A stretch of 45,624 nt of DNA from Clostridia bacterium (lineage in GTDB: Bacteria; Bacillota; Clostridia; Oscillospirales; CAG-272). The stretch covers positions 1 through 45,624 of the forward strand of contig JAKSPH010000003.1 of the NCBI GenBank assembly GCA_024404975.1. Reading direction: 5' to 3'. The notes below the pieces were generated by a model. That model saw only the letters and a list, made by a program, of their open reading frames with translations, made no database searches and had not been told where the DNA came from. Positions 1 to 9,140 of this stretch are shown one piece after another (positions within the stretch are counted from its first letter, which is position 1; the number at the start of each line of letters is the position of its first letter). Position numbers and translations under genes: made by a program.

Positions 1-80
1 CTTTGACGAGCTGAACATCGGCGCTCAACACATCGGCGTGAGAAATCATGCCGATAATCTATTTAAGAAGGGGAACTCCT

Positions 81-485
81 ATGAATCATTCATCTACCTA
101 TCGGAAAAGCAAAAAACACCTCTCTTTTATGAAATCCGCGCTTTCAATCATATTTGTAATCTGTTTATTAATCGGATGCTCCGCCGCACTGACATCTTGC
201 GGTTCCGACTCAGGCTCGCAATCTCAAGCCGGAATGCGAAAAGACTTTGTTGCCACAATGAACAGTTACGAAGCTTTTGTTGATGAATACGTGTCCTTTA
301 TGAAGAAATATAAAGCGAACCCCTCTGATGCGCAGATGATTTCTCAATATTCTTCGATGATGAGCCGCTACGCAGATTTTACCAACAAATTTAATGCTTG
401 GAAAAACAAGGATTTAAACTCTGCCGAACTCAATTATTATTCCCAAGTGTTAGCTAGAACCTCCAAAAAGTTAGCTTCGGTTTAA
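81..485 (+). CDS. Putative lipoprotein, DUF6591-like helical domain
   Basis: ATG at 81 after AAGGGGA; hydrophobic N-region ending LTSC (lipobox-like); C-terminal 'YEAFVDEYVSFMKKY...ELNYY' resembles DUF6591 proteins; AT-richer than neighbours. Confidence 0.65.
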   Translation: MNHSSTYRKSKKHLSFMKSALSIIFVICLLIGCSAALTSCGSDSGSQSQAGMRKDFVATMNSYEAFVDEYVSFMKKYKANPSDAQMISQYSSMMSRYADFTNKFNAWKNKDLNSAELNYYSQVLARTSKKLASV

Positions 486-514
486 TGTTGAATTTTCAAC
501 GAATAGTTTTCGAC

Positions 515-551
515 AAAGCAAAAAGGCACCCACAGGGTGCCTTTTTGCTTT
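515..551. terminator. Bidirectional intrinsic terminator
   Basis: Perfect 17-bp inverted repeat AAAGCAAAAAGGCACCC-ACA-GGGTGCCTTTTTGCTTT between convergent genes. Confidence 0.9.
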
Positions 552-561
552 CATCGGTGAA

Positions 562-933
562 TTATTTCAAATTCTCCGACAGGTAGAGATTGATGACCGC
601 TTCCACGGTTTTCGTCAGAGCGATGCGCCGTCCTTTCGGAAGGGTGCGCGTGTGGCGGTAAAGCCGAAGCAGATGCCATTCCTCCTCCGAGAGTTCGGCG
701 GCGGTCTGCGAAAGCGGCATATCGAGGATCTCGCTCACGGGCATGCGGAACACTTCCGACAGTTTCGGAAGCATTTTCATAAAGGATGCCGAGCGCCCGC
801 GCCGCCAGTTGTTGACGGTCTTGTCCGGAAGTCCGACAACGCGTTCAAACGCCGCGTCACTCTCAAATTCCGCGGCAATGAGTTCGAAAACACGTTTTCT
901 TACGGCTTCCGTCTTTTCTTTATCCACGCTCAT
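562..933 (-). CDS. XRE/Cro-C1-type HTH transcriptional regulator
   Basis: 'AAFERVVGLPDKTVNNWRRGRS...LPKLSEVFRMPVSEIL' HTH_3 pattern; 4-nt overlap with the upstream flavin reductase. Confidence 0.75.
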   Translation of the reverse strand: MSVDKEKTEAVRKRVFELIAAEFESDAAFERVVGLPDKTVNNWRRGRSASFMKMLPKLSEVFRMPVSEILDMPLSQTAAELSEEEWHLLRLYRHTRTLPKGRRIALTKTVEAVINLYLSENLK

Positions 934-1532
934 TTTTTATCCCTCCGCGGCGGTTTTTTCGCCGTCGTCTTTTTCTTTTTTGCGGCGGAAAAGCCGAAAT
1001 GACCGAGGCATTTGCCGAGAGCGAAGTAATCGCCGTGCGCGTACGCCAGAAGGTGCGCTTTTTCAATATGGATCTTTCCCGCTTCATCAAGCAGGGATTC
1101 GTCCACCGAAACGTTCACGATCTCGGCGAGGAACATATCGTGCGAACCGAGCGGGCGGACTTCCGTCACGCGGCATTCGAGCGCGATGGGACATTCTCCG
1201 ACGGTGGGAGCGCCGACGGCTTTGCTTTCGACTGCGCTCAAGCCGCATTTTGCGAATTTATCGACTTTCGCGCCTGTATAAATCCCGCAGTAGTCCACGG
1301 TCTTTGCGAGGGTGTCGGGGGCGAGGTTGATCACGAACTCCCCCGTGCGTTTGAGGATCTCATAGGAATAGCGCGACGGGCGCACCGAGATATAGGTCAT
1401 GGCGGGGGTGGAGCAGACGATGCCCGTCCAAGCCACGGTCAGCACGTTTTTGATCTCGCCGTCCCCGACGGAAACGAGAGCAGGGGGCAGGGGCGCGGTC
1501 AGCGTGCCGGGATTGAAATTCTTTCTTGCCAT
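930..1532 (-). CDS. Flavin reductase family (flavoredoxin-like) protein
   Basis: 'PLPPALVS', 'NVLTVAWTG', 'ISVRPSRYS', 'GEFVIN', 'ECPIALEC', 'LGSHDMFLAEI' motifs. Confidence 0.9.
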   Translation of the reverse strand: MARKNFNPGTLTAPLPPALVSVGDGEIKNVLTVAWTGIVCSTPAMTYISVRPSRYSYEILKRTGEFVINLAPDTLAKTVDYCGIYTGAKVDKFAKCGLSAVESKAVGAPTVGECPIALECRVTEVRPLGSHDMFLAEIVNVSVDESLLDEAGKIHIEKAHLLAYAHGDYFALGKCLGHFGFSAAKKKKTTAKKPPRRDKK

Positions 1533-1533
1533 G

Positions 1534-2316
1534 TTATTTTTCCTCCGGATTTTTCGTCTGCATCTTCATCCACGCGTTTGTCAGAATGCGGTCGGGCAAC
1601 AGTTTGAAGAGCAGATGCTGAAGTTTTGTATACCAATTCGTCACGCACATGACTCTGCCGCGTTTCGAAGCGCGGAGCGCACGGCGGACGACCGTGTCAA
1701 CCTGAAGCAGAGGTTTGGTTTTTTTCGGCACCCACGCGCCGGGAACGGAAGTCGCAAGTCCGAGGAATTCCGTATCCACCCATCCGGGGCAGAAGCAGGT
1801 CGCGCGCAGTCCGCGGTCGCGGATCTCGAAATTGAGCGCCTTCGTATGGTGAAGGACGAGCGCCTTGGAAGAGGCGTAGATATTGAAATTCGGCAGGGGC
1901 GTGAAGCAGGAGCCGCTTCCCATCTCGACGATGCGGCCGCCGGGAATCATATACGGAATGACGGCGTGCGTCAGAAGCACAAGTGCCTTGTCATTGAGAT
2001 CGATCATGCGGATGACGTCCTCTTCCGACACCTGCTCGAACGAGCCGAATTTACCGAATCCCGCCGCGTTGATGAGGTAGGAAACTTCCGGCTTTTCTTC
2101 CGCCAAGGCGGTTTTAACCGCGGCTACGCCCTCCGCCGTGCAGAGGTCGGCAGACAGGATCTTGCAGGGAACGCCGAGTTCCTCCCGCAATGCCTCCATT
2201 TTCTCTTTTCTGCGGGCGACGAACCAGAATTCCGTGACTCCGTAATCTTCTTTCAACTGACGGGCGAACGAACGTCCGATACCGCTCGACGCGCCGGTAA
2301 TGATCGCAACTGCCAT
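1534..2316 (-). CDS. Short-chain dehydrogenase/reductase (SDR)
   Basis: TGASSGIG Rossmann motif, NAAGFG, catalytic YxxxK (YASSK); GGAG RBS. Confidence 0.9.
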   Translation of the reverse strand: MAVAIITGASSGIGRSFARQLKEDYGVTEFWFVARRKEKMEALREELGVPCKILSADLCTAEGVAAVKTALAEEKPEVSYLINAAGFGKFGSFEQVSEEDVIRMIDLNDKALVLLTHAVIPYMIPGGRIVEMGSGSCFTPLPNFNIYASSKALVLHHTKALNFEIRDRGLRATCFCPGWVDTEFLGLATSVPGAWVPKKTKPLLQVDTVVRRALRASKRGRVMCVTNWYTKLQHLLFKLLPDRILTNAWMKMQTKNPEEK

Positions 2317-2385
2317 AAAAACTCCTTTTTTACTTACAGTATATCATATTTTTGCGAAAAAATCAACCGGTTTCGTCGATATTAC

Positions 2386-2417
2386 GAAAAGGGCATAGCC
2401 TCCGCTATGCCCTTTTC
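2386..2417 (-). terminator. Intrinsic terminator of the dgo/PHP operon
   Basis: GAAAAGGGCATAGC-CTCC-GCTATGCCCTTTTC perfect hairpin just downstream of the PHP gene. Confidence 0.8.
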
Positions 2418-2440
2418 TTGTTTTGCCGGAACGTCGGCGG

Positions 2441-3454
2441 TCAGTCGAGGAAGTACGCGTTCGTGTTGGCGTGTTTGCCTTCGCCGTCCTCCACGGTGAT
2501 ACGGAAATAGGTATTGTCTTTCGGAATAGCGAATTCCGCCTCCGTGACCGGAGCGTCCTTTGCGTAACGGAACTGGATATGTCTGCCATTCGTCGTCAGA
2601 TAGATCCGTCTTGCCGGAGAGCATTTGATGCGGATCTTCTCGTCGTCCATGGTCAGCGAATAGATTTCGGGACCCTGCGATGCGTAGAAATTCCCCGCGA
2701 AGATCGCGTCCATGACCGCCTTGTAGGTAAGTTCTTTCGCGAAGATCACCGTAAACGCGCCGAACGACTCGAACTGAGGCGCGTCGTCGTCGCACCAGTT
2801 ATGGTTGTCGTCCGCGCCGATGCAGAAAATGCGCTCGCCGCCGCGGAGCATATCGTCATAGACACGGGGGTTGTATTCCTCGTAACCGTCGACGTAACAA
2901 CCGTAGTTACAGATCTCCATGGCGTGCATGCCGTGGAAATTCATATAGTCGGTGTAATCTTCCATCGACCACGTCGGGTGGTTATAGGTGACGAAGAAGC
3001 CGTGTTCTCTTCCTGCCTTGATGACCGCGTTGATGTTTTCCGCCGTGTGTTCTCTTTCAAAGTCCGGCTCGTTTTCGTAAAACTGTACGGCGTCTTTGTA
3101 TTTCGCGGAATTGCCGATCACGGTGTATTTCTCTCTGTGCCAGCAGACCTGTTTCAGGTTTTCGGGATCGCGCTGGATCAGACAGATGTGGCAGGTCTTA
3201 TGGCTTTCGCCCTTCATCCACGGCGCGGAAAACTCCATTTCGTAGCCGTGCAGAGCAAGGAAATTCTCGTCGTTCAGTTCGTCGTGCGGGATCAGAACGT
3301 CGTGATCGGTGAACGCGATGATCGAGTAACCGTGTTTCATATACGCTTCTTTTGCCGCGGCAGGCGTGAACTTGCCGTCGGACACGCGGGAATGGCTGTG
3401 CAGGTTGGCTTTGTATTTATTTTCGCTCTCGTCAAGTAAAATCTTATTCATCAT
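2441..3454 (-). CDS. PHP-domain metallohydrolase (CehA/McbA-like)
   Basis: 'NLHSHSRVSDG', 'FTDHD', 'NHP', 'DDNH' metal-binding motifs, plus a C-terminal beta domain. Confidence 0.85.
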   Translation of the reverse strand: MMNKILLDESENKYKANLHSHSRVSDGKFTPAAAKEAYMKHGYSIIAFTDHDVLIPHDELNDENFLALHGYEMEFSAPWMKGESHKTCHICLIQRDPENLKQVCWHREKYTVIGNSAKYKDAVQFYENEPDFEREHTAENINAVIKAGREHGFFVTYNHPTWSMEDYTDYMNFHGMHAMEICNYGCYVDGYEEYNPRVYDDMLRGGERIFCIGADDNHNWCDDDAPQFESFGAFTVIFAKELTYKAVMDAIFAGNFYASQGPEIYSLTMDDEKIRIKCSPARRIYLTTNGRHIQFRYAKDAPVTEAEFAIPKDNTYFRITVEDGEGKHANTNAYFLD

Positions 3455-3463
3455 GTATTCTCC

Positions 3464-4945
3464 TTATCGGTCAAACATTTTATTGATCTGTTCAACGGTC
3501 TTTCTGACCAGAAGATCTCCGCCCTCATGGCCGGTCACACCGCTGGAAACGTAGGCGGAATAGTGGCTGCCCTGTTCCGCTTTCAAGGTGGGAAGATAGC
3601 CGTCCGCGCCGCAGGCAAGCTGAATTAAGAAGGTCTGCTGTGCCTTGCTTCTCGCGCGGATCTGATTGCCGTAATTCAGGAACAGTTCGAAACTGTTGGA
3701 CGCGAACGCGATGTCGCCGAATCTCGCGATGTGGATCTCCGCGGGGTAGAGGTTGTATTTCTCCTGCATCTCGTAACGGGCGATGGTTCCGGCGTAGACG
3801 TGCATCTTCGCGTTCTCCGCGAAGGTGATCTTTTCGACCGTCTTGACAAAGGCGTCGATCTTCTCTTTCGCCTCATTGTATTCTTTGTCCGTCACTCTGC
3901 GGACGGGAACTTCGAGAATGATATTTTCGTGGACAAGCTTTGCTTCCGTACGGATCTCGCCGTCCTCGATCTCGTCGTAAACGTCGATGATCTCCCGCGC
4001 GATGCGTTTACCGATCTTCCACGTTCCCTTGATGTCGTACATGGAAGGATCCGCTTTGCGAAGGATCACGTTCGTTCTGATGACGTTGGGGTCGTCGATC
4101 GGCGTTTCGGGATCTACCCAGCGCACAAGATCTCTTGGACACTGGTCGCCCGCCGCGGAGCAAAGTCCCAGAACGAAGAGATCTTTACCGAAGCGTTCGC
4201 GGAGCAGGATCTTGACCTTGCCCCAATAGTCGGCGGAAAAGAAACTTCTCTGTTCCAATACCTGTGCGGGGCAGGCGACGTTCGCGACGATACCCGTGAG
4301 GGCTTTTTTCTCATCGTAAACAAAGAGCAGTTCCATGCCGGAATCGTTGCCGCCTTCGAGTTCCGTGAAGGTCGCGGTGTTGGTGTCGCCCCACATTTTC
4401 GCGCTTCCGTCAGAATAGCAAACTCTGCGGTTCATACCGACTGCCGCTCTGCCGAACGCGTTGGCATACGCTGCGGGACGTCTGTTTTCCCACGCCTGTT
4501 TCACCGCTTGCGCGATGCGGTCGATGAGGAAATACAAACCTTCGTCGCCTTCCATCACGTCGTCGCGCTTTTGCGGTTTGACCGCGGTTTCTTCGCCGAG
4601 GTACTTGGAAAGAAGGTTCAGAGAGCCGTCCAGACTGACGCGTCTTTTGCTCGTGTATTTGATAGAAGTATGCGAGTGTGTCGCGTGGATGATGACCATT
4701 TCGGGATCAATGCCCTCTACGGCTTTGAGTTTTTCTCTGACACCGCAGACGAGGTTGTAGCCAATGCCTTCCATATCGCAGGAGCAAATGATCAGCTGCG
4801 CGCCTTCGGATTCGATCGCCATGGCGGTCGCGGTGATTTCGGTTTCGGTGTACTGCGAGATTCTTTCGTAAAACTGTCCTTCAAGGGACGCTTTCTTGTC
4901 GGGAGTGATGCTGACTTCCGACCAACCGATTTTCAGTTCGCTCAT
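3464..4945 (-). CDS. Conserved hypothetical protein, neutral/alkaline ceramidase-like hydrolase fold
   Basis: 'IGWSEVSITP', 'IIHATHSHT', 'SAAGDQCP', 'GYLPT' motifs typical of ceramidase-N-like bacterial proteins; ATG at 4945 after GGAG; lies between dgoD and the PHP gene. Confidence 0.6.
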   Translation of the reverse strand: MSELKIGWSEVSITPDKKASLEGQFYERISQYTETEITATAMAIESEGAQLIICSCDMEGIGYNLVCGVREKLKAVEGIDPEMVIIHATHSHTSIKYTSKRRVSLDGSLNLLSKYLGEETAVKPQKRDDVMEGDEGLYFLIDRIAQAVKQAWENRRPAAYANAFGRAAVGMNRRVCYSDGSAKMWGDTNTATFTELEGGNDSGMELLFVYDEKKALTGIVANVACPAQVLEQRSFFSADYWGKVKILLRERFGKDLFVLGLCSAAGDQCPRDLVRWVDPETPIDDPNVIRTNVILRKADPSMYDIKGTWKIGKRIAREIIDVYDEIEDGEIRTEAKLVHENIILEVPVRRVTDKEYNEAKEKIDAFVKTVEKITFAENAKMHVYAGTIARYEMQEKYNLYPAEIHIARFGDIAFASNSFELFLNYGNQIRARSKAQQTFLIQLACGADGYLPTLKAEQGSHYSAYVSSGVTGHEGGDLLVRKTVEQINKMFDR

Positions 4946-4962
4946 CGTATCTTCTCCGTCCT

Positions 4963-6111
4963 TTACCATTCCGCGACGGAACCGTCCGCATGGTGCCATA
5001 CGGGGTTCTTCCATTCGTGAGGAGTTTTGTTTTCTTCGATCACGAGTTCCTTATTGACGTCAACGCCGAGACCGGGAAGTTTCGGGAGTTCGACGAATCC
5101 GTCCTTGAACTCAAAGTCTTTCGTGTTGTGAACGTAGTCGAGAACGCTCTTGCCTACGTTGTAGTGGATGCCGATGCTCTGTTCCTGGATCACGGCGTTG
5201 TAACTCGTCGCGTCCACGTTGAGGCACGCCGCGAGGGCGATCGGTCCGAGCGGGCAATGCGGTGCGAGGGCAACGTCGTAACTCTCCGCCATAGCGGCGA
5301 TCTTCTTGACTTCCGTGATACCGCCCGCGTGAGAAAGGTCGGGCTGAATGATGGAAATACCGCCGGCGTTCAGGAGGCGCTTGAAATCCCATTTGGAGAA
5401 CAGGCGTTCACCCGTCGCGATCGGAATATTGCAGCAAGCCGCGATCTCCGCGAAACTCTCCATATTTTCACACAGAACGGGTTCTTCGATGAACATGGGA
5501 TCGAACTCTTCGAGTTTCTTCGCGAGGACTTTCGCCATCGGTTTATGAACTCTGCCGTGGAAGTCGATCGCAATGCCGAAATACTTACCGCACGCCTCGC
5601 GGATCGCCGCCACACGTTCGAGAACGGCGTCGATCTTGTCGTAGGTGTCGATCATCTGTAACTCTTCGGTCGCGTTCATCTTGATGGCGCAGAAGCCGGC
5701 ATCCTGTTTCTCTTTTGCCGCTTTTCCGACGTCGGAAGGTCTGTCACCGCCGATCCATGAATACACCTTCATTCTGTCACGGCATCTGCCGCCCATCAGT
5801 TCGTAGACGGGAGCGCCGAACGCCTTGCCCTTGATGTCCCAAAGCGCCTGGTCGATACCCGCGATCGCGCTCATCAGAACGCCGCCGCCGCGATAGAAAC
5901 CGGCACGGTAGAGCGTGGACCAGATGTCCTCGATCCTCATGGGATCGTTCCCGATCAGATAGGTTTTCATCTCCTGAACACAGGCAAGCACCGCGGAGCA
6001 GTGTCCTTCCAATACCGCCTCGCCCCAACCGGTAAGTCCGTTGTCCGTTTCGATCTCAACGAATCCCCATCTCGGACGGACAAAGTAAGTTTGCACGTTA
6101 GTGATCTTCAT
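4963..6111 (-). CDS. dgoD: Galactonate dehydratase (enolase superfamily)
   Basis: '[11 protein letters not shown]', '[26 protein letters not shown]', '[12 protein letters not shown]', '[10 protein letters not shown]', C-terminal 'DGSVAEW', all typical of DgoD. Confidence 0.95.
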   Translation of the reverse strand: MKITNVQTYFVRPRWGFVEIETDNGLTGWGEAVLEGHCSAVLACVQEMKTYLIGNDPMRIEDIWSTLYRAGFYRGGGVLMSAIAGIDQALWDIKGKAFGAPVYELMGGRCRDRMKVYSWIGGDRPSDVGKAAKEKQDAGFCAIKMNATEELQMIDTYDKIDAVLERVAAIREACGKYFGIAIDFHGRVHKPMAKVLAKKLEEFDPMFIEEPVLCENMESFAEIAACCNIPIATGERLFSKWDFKRLLNAGGISIIQPDLSHAGGITEVKKIAAMAESYDVALAPHCPLGPIALAACLNVDATSYNAVIQEQSIGIHYNVGKSVLDYVHNTKDFEFKDGFVELPKLPGLGVDVNKELVIEENKTPHEWKNPVWHHADGSVAEW

Positions 6112-6128
6112 AACTGTATTTCTCCTTT

Positions 6129-7055
6129 TTACGTTCTGTATTCATAGATCCGGATCATTCCGTTGACCGTGGAATGATCGACTTCTTCGTTTGACAGTAT
6201 CACGATTTCGGCATCGGTGTATTCTTTCAGAATGGTGCCGATGGCTTCTTTGATGGCGGCTTTACCGCCGATGACGACCCGCTTCGGAGAGCGGGAGAGG
6301 ATACACCGGATCTCGCCCGAAACCATCACGCCGAGGAAGAACGAATACAGTTCGCTCTCCGACTTATGAAACGTATTTTTCAGAATTCTGACCTTGAAGA
6401 GCGCCTCGCCGATCCCGTGTTTGTCCGCATAGTCGAATCCTTGGAGCAAAGTTTCTTTGCAGATCTCGTGATCTTCGAGTTTCACCGCGTCAGCGAGAAT
6501 GGTGTCCGTTGCGACGGCGTAGATCATTTCGCCCGTCAGCATCGTGCGGGAATCCCGGATCTTTCCGTTTTCCGTTTCGATGATCTTGGTGTGAGAACCG
6601 GGGAATACGTACACGCCGTCCCCTGAGAAAACGCCCATCAGTTCGGTTTCCTCGCCGCGCATCATGTCGCTGTTTTCGACCGTCGTGCATTCCGTTTTCA
6701 CGCCCCGCATGAAGGCGAAGGGGATGCCGGCGATGTCCTCCATACGGCAAAGGTGCATACTGCCGTGAAGTTCTTCCATACCGGCGGGTGCGACGGTGTG
6801 AGGAAGTTCCAGAAGCCCGAGTTCGCTCGTCAGCATTCCGCAGGCGAGGACGGCTTTGACATCGCCCTCCTTATAACCGTTCTTATCAAGGATCTCGCGG
6901 ATCCCGTTTCTGACGGTTTCTTTCAGAATCTCTTTGTTGCCGATACTCTTTTTCGCACCTACGCGGAAAGAGAGCGTTTCGATCACTTTCCCGTCCGTGC
7001 AAAGCGATATGCGGGTGTTGGTCGTTCCGCCGTCGACGGCGATATAATTACTCAA
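6129..7055 (-). CDS. dgoK: 2-dehydro-3-deoxygalactonokinase
   Basis: '[10 protein letters not shown]', 'GMLTSELGL', 'DMMRGEETE', 'PGSHTK', 'TMLTGE'; TTG start at 7055 preceded by GGAGG. Confidence 0.9.
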   Translation of the reverse strand: MSNYIAVDGGTTNTRISLCTDGKVIETLSFRVGAKKSIGNKEILKETVRNGIREILDKNGYKEGDVKAVLACGMLTSELGLLELPHTVAPAGMEELHGSMHLCRMEDIAGIPFAFMRGVKTECTTVENSDMMRGEETELMGVFSGDGVYVFPGSHTKIIETENGKIRDSRTMLTGEMIYAVATDTILADAVKLEDHEICKETLLQGFDYADKHGIGEALFKVRILKNTFHKSESELYSFFLGVMVSGEIRCILSRSPKRVVIGGKAAIKEAIGTILKEYTDAEIVILSNEEVDHSTVNGMIRIYEYRT

Positions 7056-7704
7056 CGTCCGACACCTCCGCAACGTATTTTTTCGCGAGTTCGGTGATGC
7101 CGTTCCAATCGTTCTCACGGATCATTTTCTTATCGGTGATATTGGAACCGATTCCGAAACCGCGGATTCCGCAGGACAGGTACTCTTTCATATTGCCCGT
7201 ATGGATTCCGCCGACCGCGAGAAGTTTAATGTGCGACAGGGGTGCCGATACCGCTTTGATGTATTCCGGTCCGAGGCTCGTGACGGGGAACACTTTCACG
7301 AAATCCGCGCCCGACTTGTGGGCGAACGCGATCTCCGTCGGTGTCAGCGCACCGGGAATGGAAACCAATCCCAGTCGGTTGCTTTCTTTGATCACTTCTT
7401 CATCCGTGTTGGGAGAAATGATGAATTGTCCGCCCGCCTCGGCGGTCAGTCTGACCTGCTGTGCGGTCAGAACGGTGCCGGAACCGATGAACATTTTTCC
7501 TTTGAACTTTGCAGCGAGTTCTCCGATCGCTCCGGCGGTGTCCTGATCCGACACCTTTCCGTCCGCGGAGTAGGTGATCTCCATCAGTCGGATCCCTCCG
7601 TCGTAAAGTGCCTGCGCCAGGGGAATCAGTTTCTCCTTCGGAACACCGCGGATGATCGCGATGATTTTGTGTTTTCCAATTGCTTCAATGATCTGGTCTT
7701 TCAT
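7048..7704 (-). CDS. dgoA: KDPG/KDPGal (2-dehydro-3-deoxy-6-phosphogalactonate) aldolase, Eda/DgoA family
   Basis: 'IIAIIRG', 'GSGTVLT', 'FIISPN', 'PGALTPTE', 'VKVFP', 'AVGGI'; first gene of the dgoK-dgoD operon. Confidence 0.85.
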   Translation of the reverse strand: MKDQIIEAIGKHKIIAIIRGVPKEKLIPLAQALYDGGIRLMEITYSADGKVSDQDTAGAIGELAAKFKGKMFIGSGTVLTAQQVRLTAEAGGQFIISPNTDEEVIKESNRLGLVSIPGALTPTEIAFAHKSGADFVKVFPVTSLGPEYIKAVSAPLSHIKLLAVGGIHTGNMKEYLSCGIRGFGIGSNITDKKMIRENDWNGITELAKKYVAEVSDVE

Positions 7705-7827
7705 TTTGCACCTCGTGTGGTTTTTAGTTTACATTTCTATTATAATATGTAATTTTATCAATGTATATTGATTTTTTAACAAATTATATGGATTTTCTTG
7801 CAAAAATGTAGTATAATACTCCCGGTG

Positions 7828-8634
7828 ATGAAAATGAAGGAATTGTTTGATAACAGAATCGAAACGGAAAACACGGTATTCCGTCACGCAAACGGAAAAA
7901 GTATCGAATCCGGCAAAGAGTTTCACATCTTCCACGAGATCATCTATTTTATCGACGGAGATGCGGAATTTTTGGGTGAGAACATTCACGTCGGTATCAA
8001 GCCGAACACGCTGATCGTGATCCCCAAAGAAACCTATCACCGTCTGATCATTCACGGGGACAGGGAGAAATACCACCGTTGCGTGATCAATCTGTACGAC
8101 TCCCCCGCGCTCGCGGGGCTGATCTGCAGATGTATGACATGCCAGACCGTGTTGCCGTCAGACGCGGAAATCACACGCCTGTTCGACAAACTGATCGGAT
8201 ATACGGGGCGGGAAGATGCCGGCGTTTACCTCGGTGCGGTAACGGTGCTTCTTCTTGACGCGATCGCGGAGAAATGCCGTTCCGACGTCGGTAAAACGCA
8301 CCGCAACGCCACTTTGGATCGGGCGCTCGAATACATCAATGCCAATATCGGGAAAAAGATGAGCATTGAGGAGATCGCGAAAGAATGTACGGTTTCGGAA
8401 TCCGCCCTCTCCCATCTTTTCAGAAAAGAGTTCAATATCACGATCCACAAATTCATCGTGAAGAAAAAACTCATCAACGCCTATAATAGGATCCACGCCG
8501 GCGTGCCGTCTACCGTGGCGGCGATGGAATGCGGATTCAACGATTATTCGGGATTCTATAAACAGTACAGAAAGGCGTTCGGAGAATCCCCGTCCAAAAC
8601 CTCTTCAAAACCCGCCTCACGCGGCGTGAAATGA
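7828..8634 (+). CDS. AraC family transcriptional regulator, divergent from the dgo operon
   Basis: Cupin-like N-terminus ('HIFHEIIYF...H'), double HTH C-terminus ('LSHLFRKE', 'CGFNDYSGFYKQYRKAFGESP'); start may be 7825, 7828 or 7834. Confidence 0.9.
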   Translation: MKMKELFDNRIETENTVFRHANGKSIESGKEFHIFHEIIYFIDGDAEFLGENIHVGIKPNTLIVIPKETYHRLIIHGDREKYHRCVINLYDSPALAGLICRCMTCQTVLPSDAEITRLFDKLIGYTGREDAGVYLGAVTVLLLDAIAEKCRSDVGKTHRNATLDRALEYINANIGKKMSIEEIAKECTVSESALSHLFRKEFNITIHKFIVKKKLINAYNRIHAGVPSTVAAMECGFNDYSGFYKQYRKAFGESPSKTSSKPASRGVK

Positions 8635-8671
8635 CGTCGGAATTCGCTTTTTGCGTGATCAGAGCGAATCC

Positions 8672-8756
8672 TTATTCAGCGTTTTTCACTGCCTCGACGT
8701 ATTTTTCGGCAAGTGCGGTAACACCGTCGTAATCCCCGGCGGCGATCTCGACCTGA
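8672..8756 (-). pseudogene. 3'-terminal remnant of a second Eda/DgoA-type aldolase gene
   Basis: Minus strand reads QVEIAAGDYDGVTALAEKYVEAVKNAE*, aligning with the C-terminus of the 7048..7704 aldolase (IRENDWNGITELAKKYVAEV); no start codon; abuts repeat unit 1. Confidence 0.6.
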
Positions 8757-8887
8757 CGCTCGGTCAGTCGCGGCTCTGACAGCCCACCGGGCTGTCATTC
8801 ACTCCCGCTCCCATTCGAGTCCGCGATGTCCCATAAACAAAAAACCCCTCGTTGAGGGGTATTTTTGTTGGTGGACCATCAAGGACT
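8757..8887. repeat. tRNA-linked tandem repeat, unit 1 (131 bp)
   Basis: Near-identical to 8908..9040; contains hairpin TGACAGCCC-ACC-GGGCTGTCA, a terminator-like hairpin and a 19-bp copy of the tRNA 3' end (8869..8887). Confidence 0.95.
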
Positions 8888-8907
8888 AGATTCTCACGCG
8901 AACTGCG

Positions 8908-9040
8908 CGCTCGGTCAGTCGCGGCTCTGACAGCCCACCGGGCTGTCATTCACTCCCGCTCCTATTCGAGTCCGCGATGTCCCATAAACAAAAAGCCCCC
9001 TCGTTGAGGGGGTGTTTTTGTTGGTGGACCATCAAGGACT
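8908..9040. repeat. tRNA-linked tandem repeat, unit 2 (133 bp; last 19 bp are the real tRNA 3' end)
   Basis: Direct repeat of 8757..8887 separated by a 20-bp spacer AGATTCTCACGCGAACTGCG. Confidence 0.95.
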
Positions 9041-9098
9041 CGAACCTTGGACCGACCGGTTATGAGCCGGGAGCTCTGACCAACTGCGCTAATGGTCC
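9022..9098 (-). tRNA. tRNA with CAU anticodon, most likely tRNA-Ile2 (lysidine-modified)
   Basis: GGACCATTAGCGCAGTTGGTCAGAGCTCCCGGCTCATAACCGGTCGGTCCAAGGTTCGAGTCCTTGATGGTCCACCA, 77 nt with encoded CCA; GGACC/GGTCC acceptor stem matches the Bacillota Ile2 type rather than fMet/Met. Confidence 0.93.
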
Positions 9099-9111
9099 GT
9101 TGGCTTTTAGT

Positions 9112-9140
9112 ATTATATCATCTTTTTTTCGGTTTTGCAA
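9112..9140 (-). promoter_or_regulatory. sigmaA promoter of the tRNA
   Basis: TTGCAA-17 nt-TATAAT on the minus strand, 13 nt upstream of the tRNA 5' end. Confidence 0.75.

Noticed and set aside
1-283. ORF 38..283 (+) and a possible minus-strand reading MISHADVLSADVQLVK running off the left edge
   Set aside because: The first overlaps the lipoprotein gene out of frame. The second is too short, and truncated by the window, to support a call.
8757-9040. Possible CRISPR array or prophage/ICE att site
   Set aside because: Only two ~130-bp units, with no repeat-spacer periodicity and no cas genes. The tRNA-end duplication encloses only about 130 bp, with no integrase in the window.
9022-9098. tRNA-Met call from the CAT anticodon
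   Set aside because: It lacks initiator features (no C1:A72 mismatch, no three consecutive G:C pairs in the anticodon stem), and the acceptor stem fits the Bacillota Ile2 type. Elongator Met is not fully excluded without a covariance-model run.
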